Shown in pieces: positions 9,003 through 16,764 of a stretch of 32,000 bases of DNA. The translations under genes and the position numbers were made by a program. The number at the start of each line of letters is the position of its first letter. Position 1 is the stretch's first letter. Origin of the DNA: Fibrobacter succinogenes subsp. succinogenes S85. GTDB taxonomy: Bacteria > Fibrobacterota > Fibrobacteria > Fibrobacterales > Fibrobacteraceae. The stretch is taken from positions 240,001 through 272,000 of the forward strand of contig NC_017448.1 in the NCBI RefSeq assembly GCF_000146505.1, in the 5' to 3' direction. The notes beneath the pieces were generated by a model that saw only the letters and a list, made by a program, of their open reading frames with translations, had not been told where the DNA came from and ran no database searches.

Positions 9003-9656
9003 TTACGCCTCGTATTCCGTTGTGTCATTGATGCCCGCTTCGGCGAGAGCCGCCTTGCGTTCCAGGCAGGTCGCGCACTTGCCGCAATGGATTTTGCCGC
9101 CCTTGTAGCAAGACCAGGTTTCGCTGTAATCCAAGCCAAGAGCCTTACCCTTGCGAGCGATATCCGCCTTGGAAATGTTCGTGTACGGAGCGTCAATCGT
9201 GATGTTTGCGTATGTACCTGCAGAAATCGCCGCCGACATGTTCTTCACGAATTCTTCGCGGCAGTCCGGGTAAATCGCATGGTCGCCAAAGTGGTTTGCC
9301 ATCATCACGCGCTTGAGGTCACGGCTTTCGGCAAGCCCTGCCGCCACAGAAAGCATAATGCCATTGCGGAACGGTACCACCGTCGATTTCATGTTCTCGT
9401 CAGCGTAAGTCCCTTCTGGGATAGCATCTGCACCCGAAAGGAGCGATGACGTAAAGTAATCGTGCATGAACTTGAGCGGAATCGTAATGTGCGGAATCCC
9501 GAGCTTTTCGCAATGCATGCGCGCAAAAGGAATTTCTTTGTCGTTGTGGTTGCTGCCGTAATCAAACGAAACGGCAAGCGCAATATCCGCGGCGCGGTCG
9601 TAAAGCAAGGTCACACTGTCCATTCCACCAGACAAGACCAGCAAAGCGTCTTTCAT
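9003..9656 (-). CDS. queC: 7-cyano-7-deazaguanine (preQ0) synthase, 217 aa
   Basis: PP-loop LVLSGGMDS at the N-terminus and C-terminal zinc cysteines CYKGGKIHCGKCATCLERK. AGGAG lies 5 nt upstream of the ATG. Confidence 0.92.
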   Translation of the reverse strand: MKDALLVLSGGMDSVTLLYDRAADIALAVSFDYGSNHNDKEIPFARMHCEKLGIPHITIPLKFMHDYFTSSLLSGADAIPEGTYADENMKSTVVPFRNGIMLSVAAGLAESRDLKRVMMANHFGDHAIYPDCREEFVKNMSAAISAGTYANITIDAPYTNISKADIARKGKALGLDYSETWSCYKGGKIHCGKCATCLERKAALAEAGINDTTEYEA

Positions 9657-9661
9657 AAAAT

Positions 9662-9703
9662 CTCCTAGTTTTGTTTAAAGTCAGGATGGGTCTCGAACTG
9701 ACT
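9662..9703 (-). ncRNA. Candidate class I preQ1 riboswitch in the queC leader
   Basis: The minus strand reads AGUCAG-UUCGAGACCCAUC-CUGACU-UUAAACAAAACUAGGAG. This gives a 6-bp P1 (9698-9703/9679-9684), a loop starting UUC, and an A-rich tail ending in the queC SD. It resembles remembered preQ1-I aptamers from B. subtilis and T. tengcongensis. No covariance model was run. Confidence 0.55.
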
Positions 9704-9758
9704 ATTGCAAAGATAGAAATTTTATGACACTTTTCAAATATTAAAAAGCGGACTCGCT

Positions 9759-10424
9759 CTAAAATACCGCTACGCCTAAATCGCTGTCGCCTTCCTTGAC
9801 TTTTGCAAGAATTTCAAGCCCTGTCAAGTCCTGCATCATGCGGATATTGTCATCTTCCATTTCAAAATTGCCGCTACAGCCGTAACGGTTCACGATAATT
9901 CCACGGATATCTAGGCCGCGACTACGAGCGTATTCTATAGTGAGCACGCAAGCGTTGATGGAGCCGAGCGCCGCCGTTGTTACGATAATCAGCGGAAGCT
10001 TGAGCGTCTTGATGATATCTTCGAGGAAAATTTTCTGGTCATCATAGCGGATGGGGCAAATGATTCCCCCGCTACCTTCGGCAAAGATGAATTCGTGGCG
10101 TGAGCAGGCAGCGTTAAAGTCCGCCTGAACTTTAGAAAGATTAACGAGATTGCCTTCTTTTCGTGCCGCCAGGTGCGGCGAAACAGCCTCTTTGTAAACG
10201 AAACTGACAAGCTGTTCTTGCGTGTCTGAGAGACCTGCAATGCGCTTGACATAATCGGCATCGCCTGCAATCCACTTGCCATCACGGAGTTCTGCACCGC
10301 TGAGCGCCGCCTTGTAATAGCCCGCGTCAATGCCGGAATCGCGCCATTTTTTCACCAAAAGACCCGTGATAAAAGTTTTACCGACATCCGTACCCGTCGC
10401 CGTAACGAAATAACCTTTGCTCAT
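9759..10424 (-). CDS. bioD: Dethiobiotin synthetase, 221 aa
   Basis: N-terminal P-loop FVTATGTDVGKT and overall BioD length. Its ATG overlaps the bioF stop (ATGA at 10421-10424). Confidence 0.9.
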   Translation of the reverse strand: MSKGYFVTATGTDVGKTFITGLLVKKWRDSGIDAGYYKAALSGAELRDGKWIAGDADYVKRIAGLSDTQEQLVSFVYKEAVSPHLAARKEGNLVNLSKVQADFNAACSRHEFIFAEGSGGIICPIRYDDQKIFLEDIIKTLKLPLIIVTTAALGSINACVLTIEYARSRGLDIRGIIVNRYGCSGNFEMEDDNIRMMQDLTGLEILAKVKEGDSDLGVAVF

Positions 10425-11626
10425 ATCGCCTCCGCAATTTTAGCTGCAGCAAATTCAAGTTCTTCTTTTGTATGCGTAGCCATGAGGCTCGCGCGTAAGC
10501 GGGCCTGCCCTTTTGCAACCGTCGGATAACGGATTGCAGGAATCAAGACGCCCTCATTCTGGAGCGTTTCCGAAATCCGCAAAGCCTTCGCCTCATCCCC
10601 AATGATAATCGGGATTATCGCCGATTCCGTCTGCGGAACTTGCAACCCGTGAAAGCGCAAAGCATCGCAAAAGAATTTAACGTTGTCACGCAACTGCTGA
10701 ACACGTTCCGGATGCGCGTCAATGAACTGCAAATTGTGGAGTGCAGCCGCCGCTACTGCAGGAGCCATCGCTGTCGTAAAGATGAAACTGCGAGACTTGT
10801 TTTTCAAGAATTCAATCAACTGCTTGGATCCGGCGACAAAGCCGCCTTCGGCGGCCACGGCCTTGCTCAAAGTCCCGACGGTCACATCGGCATGTTCACA
10901 ATTGTAATGTTCCGCAAGTCCGCGCCCCGTGCGCCCAAGGACGCCCGTGGCATGCGCCTCATCAATCATCAAAAGGCAATCGCGAGCGCGAGCAATTCGC
11001 AAAAGCTCCGGCAAGTTTGCCAAATCGCCATCCATGCTGAAAACGGCATCCGTCACAATAAGACCACGGAAATTCGAAACCGCGTTTTCCGCAAGCTTTT
11101 CTCGTGCGCAGAACTCCACCTTGGCCGTCTCAATCGCGCGTTCCAAATCCGCCATGTCATTGTGCTTATACACAAAGCATTTTGCGCGCGACAGGCGAAT
11201 GCCATCAATGATGCTTGCGTGATTCAGTTCGTCGCTGAAAATAAAATCGTTCTTGCCGCACAACGCAGAAATCGTTCCCACGTTCGCCATGTAGCCCGTG
11301 TTGAACGCAATAGCCGCCTCTTCGCCTTTGAACTTTGCAATAAACTCTTCGAGTTTATCGTGCGGAGTCTTGTTGCCGGTCGTGAGGCGAGCGCCACCAC
11401 TCCCCGTTCCCCATTCAAGGACCGCATCCGCCATCGCCTGCTTGAGTTCGGGAATGTTCGCCAAATCCAAGTAAGAATTCGAAGCGAGCAAAACCGTATC
11501 CTTACCCGCAATCGTCACATGCGATGCTTCTGGCGACGAGATGTGACGCAACGTGCGGTACGTATTGTTCGCACGCGCCGCTTCAAGCGCATCTTTCGTG
11601 AAAAAGTCTAAAATTCGTTCGTTCAT
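10421..11626 (-). CDS. bioF: 8-amino-7-oxononanoate synthase (PLP-dependent), 401 aa
   Basis: Alpha-oxoamine synthase features DEAHATGVLG and the PLP-lysine motif GTLSKA. It is translationally coupled to bioD. Confidence 0.9.
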   Translation of the reverse strand: MNERILDFFTKDALEAARANNTYRTLRHISSPEASHVTIAGKDTVLLASNSYLDLANIPELKQAMADAVLEWGTGSGGARLTTGNKTPHDKLEEFIAKFKGEEAAIAFNTGYMANVGTISALCGKNDFIFSDELNHASIIDGIRLSRAKCFVYKHNDMADLERAIETAKVEFCAREKLAENAVSNFRGLIVTDAVFSMDGDLANLPELLRIARARDCLLMIDEAHATGVLGRTGRGLAEHYNCEHADVTVGTLSKAVAAEGGFVAGSKQLIEFLKNKSRSFIFTTAMAPAVAAAALHNLQFIDAHPERVQQLRDNVKFFCDALRFHGLQVPQTESAIIPIIIGDEAKALRISETLQNEGVLIPAIRYPTVAKGQARLRASLMATHTKEELEFAAAKIAEAI

Positions 11627-11651
11627 ACCATTCGGTCCTGGATCCTTCGCC

Positions 11652-11722
11652 CTTCGACGCGCTTCGCTTGCTCAGGGACCTTAATAAGGTTGGTGAGCTT
11701 GCCGAACCACGCTCAGGATGAC
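11652..11722. repeat. Second locus of the interspersed intergenic repeat, inside the bioW-bioF spacer
   Basis: CTTCGAC (11652-11658), CTCAGGGAC (11671-11679), TAAGGTTGG (11685-11693) and CTCAGGATGAC (11712-11722). These share boxes with 4650-4754 and with 27111-27137. Confidence 0.6.
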
Positions 11723-11725
11723 TCG

Positions 11726-11750
11726 TTCTAAGTTCTAAGCTCTAAGTTCT
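11726..11750. repeat. Tandem heptamer repeat TTCTAAG x3.5 overlapping the bioW stop codon
   Basis: TTCTAAG (11726-32), TTCTAAG (11733-39), CTCTAAG (11740-46) and TTCT. On the minus strand each unit carries a TAG. The 7-nt spacing puts TAG in all three frames. Confidence 0.8.
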
Positions 11751-12524
11751 GCCAACTACATCCACGAGTACTTTCTTCTTTTGCAAATACTCGATGCATT
11801 CTTCAGCGGAGGCTTTTCGGGAATCAAACAAGAAAATGCGGCCTCCGTTTTCGTCGCCCATTTCCTTCATTTTCATGATGCGCACATAGCCGAGTTCCTT
11901 GCTCGCAACATAGCCTGTCACATAATTTGGGTCATCGCTCACGCAAAATTCAGCCACCATTCCCGGGGCATTCGCCACCTTGGTCGCAAGCACAATCGCT
12001 TCGTTGAAATGATTCTTGCATCCATCGACTTCGCTCGAATGGAGCGCATCCATATACGTCGCACGGACACCGCGATCTTTATCCGGTTCCAAGCGGTTTC
12101 CCGTTGCAATATCGTAAAGCATCGCCCCACGCATCGGGAACGTCTCGCGCAGAAGATCCTGCAATTTTTCTTTAAATTTTTTTGCGCCATCACAAGGTCC
12201 CTGAGCCTGCCGAAGGGCCATCAGCGGAGTAATCAAGCCAAAAGCCTTCTCCAAGCCTTCCTGCCACGTTTCCACATCCACGCGCGTTACAGGGAGCGAT
12301 TTCAAGACCTGAATATCGCTTTCGTGAACCTTTTCAATTTTCACATTGATAAAATCCGGGTCGCCCTTGGAATGATTCATCGCACGGCGCACCATCGCCG
12401 CACACACAGCTTCCACAGAATCGCGCCCAACAATGCGTTCAGCACCGGAAATATGCTGTTCATGGGAGTTTTCGCCTTCGCCAACATGCTGCGAGGCTCG
12501 CATTTTTAAACTGTAGTAATCCAT
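11742..12524 (-). CDS. bioW: 6-carboxyhexanoate--CoA ligase (pimeloyl-CoA synthetase), 260 aa
   Basis: BioW-typical N-terminus (YSLKMRAS...HISGAERI), a length of about 260 aa, and position at the head of bioF-bioD. Confidence 0.85.
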   Translation of the reverse strand: MDYYSLKMRASQHVGEGENSHEQHISGAERIVGRDSVEAVCAAMVRRAMNHSKGDPDFINVKIEKVHESDIQVLKSLPVTRVDVETWQEGLEKAFGLITPLMALRQAQGPCDGAKKFKEKLQDLLRETFPMRGAMLYDIATGNRLEPDKDRGVRATYMDALHSSEVDGCKNHFNEAIVLATKVANAPGMVAEFCVSDDPNYVTGYVASKELGYVRIMKMKEMGDENGGRIFLFDSRKASAEECIEYLQKKKVLVDVVGRT

Positions 12525-12633
12525 AAGAACCTTCTTTTACGCGCCACAATTTAGAAAAAAGGTCTTATCGTTTTCATTGAAATGAATATATTTTTACTAG
12601 TAACGGGAGTAATGACTTTTCTTGGTAATTGAT

Positions 12634-13947
12634 ATGGGTGATTACAAAAAGTTTATCGCGGACTTTCCTGTGGACTCTGCGGAGTTTTTCACAGCTATAA
12701 CTTACGCCACAACTGAACTGTACATTTCGATGCATGTACTTGATCTTGAGAATAACACTGCGTTTCCTATCAAGACCAACGAATTCATCGATAAGTTCAT
12801 GAAATGCGGCAGCACCCTACAGGAAAGTATTACCAATATCATGGTGAACCTTGCATGCCCAGAAAGCGTTTCAACCATCAAGAATTTTACGATTCTTTCA
12901 ACATTGTCGGAACGCATGAAAAATGCAAATGTTATTTCCGAAATTTTTCACGGAAAAATTCACGGTTGGAGTAAGGCAATGTTTGTACGCGTTGGTGATG
13001 ACAAGCCACTACGTCGAGTCCTGTACGTTGTCGAAAACGTGAATGCGCAAATGACAAAGCTGGAACAAGAGAAAGAGCTCTTGGAGCAGAACCGCAAACA
13101 ACAAAATATGATCAATGCGCTCATGAACGGATACGCCTCTGTAGTCGGAGTTGATTTTGTCACAGAAAAGGTGGAATTCTTCCGCACAAGCGATCGAATC
13201 AAAAGTGCTCTTGGCTTCATGAAAGAACCGCCTCCGTTCAAGATTCTTGTTGAAAAACTTATCAATACGGCTGTACACGAAGAGGATCGAAAAAGTATCC
13301 GAGAAGTGGCTGATGAGTCCTATATTAAGGAATACTTGCCAGTTGGCAATAGTTTGTCAAAAATATTTCACAACGAAGTCGGCCAATATGTTGAAATGAA
13401 AATTGTGCGAACCGGCGAAGAAACAACCGTGTTCGGTTTCACCGACAAGAATAACGAAATCACGGAAATAAACGATAAAATCTACAAGGATTCGTTGACT
13501 CAAGTGATGAACCGCAAGTATTTTGATGATAAACTTGCATTGCGTAATAGTCAAGCCGTCGTAATGGCTGATATCGACTTTTTCAAAGAAGTTAATGACA
13601 ATTACGGTCACCAGTGTGGAGATGCAGCCCTTGCCGCCGTAGCATCGATACTGAATTCATCTGTTCGTAATTTAGACCGCGTAGTACGTTATGGTGGCGA
13701 TGAATTTTTAATTTCGTTCAAGGGCATCACTCATGAAGTGCTGAGAAACAGACTTGAACAGATGCGTGCGCGGGCAGAAAAAATTAAACTGCAAGATTAC
13801 CCTGATGTAAAGTTAACAATGAGCTTTGGCGGAACATTCGGAGACGGAATTGTTTCAGACATGCTCTCCTTTGCCGACAAGGCGCTCTACGTATCAAAGA
13901 AAAAACGGAACTGTGTGACCTTAGTTCCGTTTGAAGAAAAAATTTAA
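12634..13947 (+). CDS. Diguanylate cyclase (GGDEF domain) with uncharacterised N-terminal domain
   Basis: C-terminal GGDEF domain with MADIDFFKEVNDNYGH and RYGGDEF. An I-site-like RNLD lies five residues upstream of GGDEF. The first roughly 270 aa have no TM segment and a coiled-coil stretch (KLEQEKELLEQNRKQQ). The start is uncertain: TTG 12622 (ORF track) or ATG 12634. Confidence 0.85.
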   Translation: MGDYKKFIADFPVDSAEFFTAITYATTELYISMHVLDLENNTAFPIKTNEFIDKFMKCGSTLQESITNIMVNLACPESVSTIKNFTILSTLSERMKNANVISEIFHGKIHGWSKAMFVRVGDDKPLRRVLYVVENVNAQMTKLEQEKELLEQNRKQQNMINALMNGYASVVGVDFVTEKVEFFRTSDRIKSALGFMKEPPPFKILVEKLINTAVHEEDRKSIREVADESYIKEYLPVGNSLSKIFHNEVGQYVEMKIVRTGEETTVFGFTDKNNEITEINDKIYKDSLTQVMNRKYFDDKLALRNSQAVVMADIDFFKEVNDNYGHQCGDAALAAVASILNSSVRNLDRVVRYGGDEFLISFKGITHEVLRNRLEQMRARAEKIKLQDYPDVKLTMSFGGTFGDGIVSDMLSFADKALYVSKKKRNCVTLVPFEEKI

Positions 13948-13954
13948 GTTGTAT

Positions 13955-15286
13955 TTACTCGTGGAATTCGTCTTCGCCATCTACAATCGGCGCAGGTTCG
14001 CATTTTCCAATCATCTTAATCGCTTCGCAAATGCGTTCCACTTCAGCATCGCTCGTGATGAACGGTGGCATCGTGTAGACGTAATTGCAGAACGGACGTA
14101 ACCACACGCCAGTTTCGCGAATCACGCGCAAGATATCGTCTGCACTTGGCTTTGCCTTGAGTTCCAAAACGCCAATTGCACCGAGCACACGCACGTCCGC
14201 CGCATTTTCAAGCGAACGGAGCGGTTCCAAATTCGCTTTCAAGCGCTTTTCAATACGCGCCACGCTTGATGCATAATCGCGACTTTCAAACAGCGAAAGC
14301 GAAGCAATCCCAGCCGCGCACGCTAGCGGGTTTGCCATGTACGTCGGGCCATGCATAAATGCCGGAATCTTGCTATTTGTAATCGTGTCGGCAACTTTCT
14401 CGGATGCGACACATGCCGCCATCGTAATGCTACCGCCCGTAAGCGCCTTGCCGACGCACATAATGTCCGGCTTTATAAAGTCGGCGCAATCCTGTGTTGC
14501 GGTATGCATCATTGCAAATCGCGGGCCCGTGCGATAAAATCCAGACGCAATTTCATCCAAAATAAGCAAGATGCCATAGCGGTCGCAAAGTTCTCGGAGA
14601 CGCCTGAGGTAACCCGCATTGTAAAGCCACATGCCGTTTCCGCCCTGGAAAACAGGCTCGCAAATAACTGCCGCAATTTCATCTTTATGCTCTTCGACAA
14701 CGCGTTCCATCGATGCAAAATCGCTATCGTCCCAAGCGCTATCAAAACGGCAATTCGGGCGTTCCGCAAAGTAATGGTGCGGCATGATTCCGCGGAAAAG
14801 CACATGCATGCCGTCAGGATCGCTCAAAGCCATTGCGCCTGCCGTATCGCCGTGGTAGCCGCCCTTCAAGGCGACCAACTTACAGCGCTCCGGGCGACCC
14901 AGCGAATGCTGGTACTGCACCGCCATCTTGGCGGCGCATTCCACGGCGATGCTTCCCGAATCAGCAAAGAAAATCTTGTTCAAGCCTTCGGGCAAAAAGT
15001 TCACTAACTTCTCACCCAATTCAATTGCGGGCTCGTGCGTAAAACCACCGAACATCACGTGGCACATTTTTTCGCTTTGCTTGCGAATCGCTTCAACAAT
15101 TTCAGGAGCGTTATGCCCGTGAGCCATGCACCACCAGCTCGATACGGCATCAATCAGTTTCAATCCGTCGGCGGTTTCAATCGTTGTTCCGTGAGCCGAC
15201 TTAGCAAGGAATCTTGCGGGAGTATTTTTCAGCGCAGCATACGGGTGCCACAAATGCTCGCTGTCGAAATTTAATAGCGTATTCAT
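13955..15286 (-). CDS. bioA: Adenosylmethionine-8-amino-7-oxononanoate aminotransferase, 443 aa
   Basis: MNTLLNFDSEHLWHPYA..., SSWW, DEIASGF and the PLP-lysine region CVGKALTGG are typical of BioA. The ORF track's 24-aa upstream extension runs into a terminator hairpin, so I use ATG 15286. Confidence 0.9.
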   Translation of the reverse strand: MNTLLNFDSEHLWHPYAALKNTPARFLAKSAHGTTIETADGLKLIDAVSSWWCMAHGHNAPEIVEAIRKQSEKMCHVMFGGFTHEPAIELGEKLVNFLPEGLNKIFFADSGSIAVECAAKMAVQYQHSLGRPERCKLVALKGGYHGDTAGAMALSDPDGMHVLFRGIMPHHYFAERPNCRFDSAWDDSDFASMERVVEEHKDEIAAVICEPVFQGGNGMWLYNAGYLRRLRELCDRYGILLILDEIASGFYRTGPRFAMMHTATQDCADFIKPDIMCVGKALTGGSITMAACVASEKVADTITNSKIPAFMHGPTYMANPLACAAGIASLSLFESRDYASSVARIEKRLKANLEPLRSLENAADVRVLGAIGVLELKAKPSADDILRVIRETGVWLRPFCNYVYTMPPFITSDAEVERICEAIKMIGKCEPAPIVDGEDEFHE

Positions 15287-15336
15287 TTGCGGCGCAATAT
15301 AGAAAAATGCGCGGGCATTCCCACGCGACTTCTCGT

Positions 15337-15369
15337 AATTAAAAGTGCCGCGCGGCATTCACCGGCGGC
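15337..15369 (-). terminator. Probable intrinsic terminator after the flavoprotein gene
   Basis: The minus strand reads GCCGCCGG-ugaaug-CCG(c)GCGGC followed by ACUUUUAAUU. This is an 8-bp GC stem with one bulge, 33 nt past the stop at 15402. Confidence 0.45.
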
Positions 15370-15401
15370 ATCTCGAAACAGCGCGGAGTCTCGCGAAGTT
15401 T

Positions 15402-15983
15402 CTATCGAATGAAATTGGTGTAGACTTTCTGCTTGGCGTCAGGCTGCGTCACGCCCGCCTGCTTGCCCGCATCAATGCTCTTGAGGAGCCATGCCATATT
15501 GCGGCCCAGTTCCTTCATAATCTGCACGCCTTCTTCGTCCTTCAGCACATCTTCCGGATTCGAACCGTGAACCATGTTCCAATAGCGCGAAGTCACGAGC
15601 GGCTGTTGCGCATAAGTCGGGTACTTGTTGAGCACATCGAGAGTTGCGGTCGTCCCTGCACGACGTGCAGAAACCACGTTTGCCGCCGGCTTGAACAGCA
15701 GATTTGCTTCTGCGATACCGTAAAGACGGTCGAGGAACATCAACATTTCACCACTCGGAGAGGCGTAATAAACCGGAGAACCGTAAACAACGCCGTCCGC
15801 CGTTTCCAAAAGTTCCTTAGCTTCGTGGACAACTTCGTTCACCTCGCCCTTGAGCACTCGCCCACCGACAAACACGATTTTCGTTTCGATTCCAGCGGCC
15901 TTGAGCTGGTTTGCGACGATGTTCAGAGCCGTATAAGTGCAGCCATTTTCACGACGGCTGCCGTTAAACAAGATGACCTTCAT
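15402..15983 (-). CDS. Flavodoxin-fold NAD(P)H-dependent FMN reductase family protein, 193 aa
   Basis: The N-terminus MKVILFNGSRRENGCTYTAL and ...DGVVYGSPVYYASPSG are typical of FMN-reductase/flavodoxin-like proteins. Its ATG overlaps the stop of the upstream hydrolase gene (ATGA). Confidence 0.7.
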   Translation of the reverse strand: MKVILFNGSRRENGCTYTALNIVANQLKAAGIETKIVFVGGRVLKGEVNEVVHEAKELLETADGVVYGSPVYYASPSGEMLMFLDRLYGIAEANLLFKPAANVVSARRAGTTATLDVLNKYPTYAQQPLVTSRYWNMVHGSNPEDVLKDEEGVQIMKELGRNMAWLLKSIDAGKQAGVTQPDAKQKVYTNFIR

Positions 15984-16528
15984 TTTAGAACCTCCGTTGA
16001 TTCAAATTCTGCAAGGAATTTACGCCCCTGTTCCCATTCACCGAGATCGGAATCCGAATTGATATGACCAAGCGCACCCGCGTTAAACAGTTTTACGCCC
16101 CAGGCGCTTGCAAAAAATTCAGAACGTTCCATTGAGACAAACGGGTCATTTTCGCTCGCCACGACACATGCCGGAATCGGCAGTTTTTCAAGCGGCATCG
16201 GCGCAAAGTTCCCAATAAGTTCTACGTTATCCACATCACTTGGCGAAACAAGGAAAGCCCCTTTGATGTACGGCGGAACGCCACCTTGCGATTTCGCCTT
16301 CAAAAGATAGTTGACCGTCGTACAGACGCCCAAGCTATGCGCCACAAGAATCGTATCCGCATTCAACTGCTGGATGCACTTGTCCAAAGTCTCGACCCAG
16401 TCCGCTTTCTCGGGATGGTCCCAACAGCGCTGGATGACGCGCGTTGCATTCGGCAAGCTCTTTTCCCAGAAGCTCTGCCAGTGTTTCGGTCCGGAATTAT
16501 TCAATCCAGGAACAATCAAGTAATTCAT
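15980..16528 (-). CDS. Alpha/beta serine hydrolase, YdeN/RBBP9-like, 182 aa
   Basis: MNYLIVPGLNNSGPKHWQSFWE and the nucleophile elbow LVAHSLG. ATG 16528 has AAGAGG 6 nt upstream. The ORF track starts at an upstream TTG. Confidence 0.7.
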   Translation of the reverse strand: MNYLIVPGLNNSGPKHWQSFWEKSLPNATRVIQRCWDHPEKADWVETLDKCIQQLNADTILVAHSLGVCTTVNYLLKAKSQGGVPPYIKGAFLVSPSDVDNVELIGNFAPMPLEKLPIPACVVASENDPFVSMERSEFFASAWGVKLFNAGALGHINSDSDLGEWEQGRKFLAEFESTEVLK

Positions 16529-16764
16529 TATCGCCTCTTTTCCTACCAAATTAGTATAAAAATTAAATTACTTTCCCGTTAAAAAATGAATTTACGGCAA
16601 ATTTCACCCAAATCCGCACTTTTTCAGCACAGCACACTCGCACAATTGATACAGTTAATCTTTTAAATACATTCTATTTTATTGGTTATTTAATTTCGCT
16701 AACTTATCTTTATCTTTGGTTAAATGGGATTCTGTTTTGTACAGAAACTTCATGGAGAAAAAAT

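Noticed and set aside
8672-9196. Upstream-extended ORF-track starts for queD (9196), bioA (15358), alr (24514), the tonB-like gene (24193), the YdeN-like gene (16549) and the lipoprotein gene (3737)
   Set aside because: - The extensions overlap the preceding gene or a terminator, or begin at TTG or GTG.
- They add residues that are not family-like.
- Internal ATGs with better SD context match the conserved N-termini.
7964-9656. queC-queD-queE as part of a 7-deazaguanine DNA-modification (Dpd-like) defence system
   Set aside because: No tgt/dpdA-like transglycosylase, helicase, or other dpd or restriction components are adjacent. The candidate preQ1 riboswitch and the housekeeping neighbours point to ordinary queuosine precursor synthesis.
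16711-16718. Bacteroidetes-type -7 promoter element TAnnTTTG upstream of the glucanase gene (TATCTTTG) and of ssb (TATTTTTG at 17958-17965)
   Set aside because: I found only two exact matches. I could not find the motif at comparable positions upstream of pckG, pfp, alr or the PPIase gene. It is too short to call promoters without TSS data.
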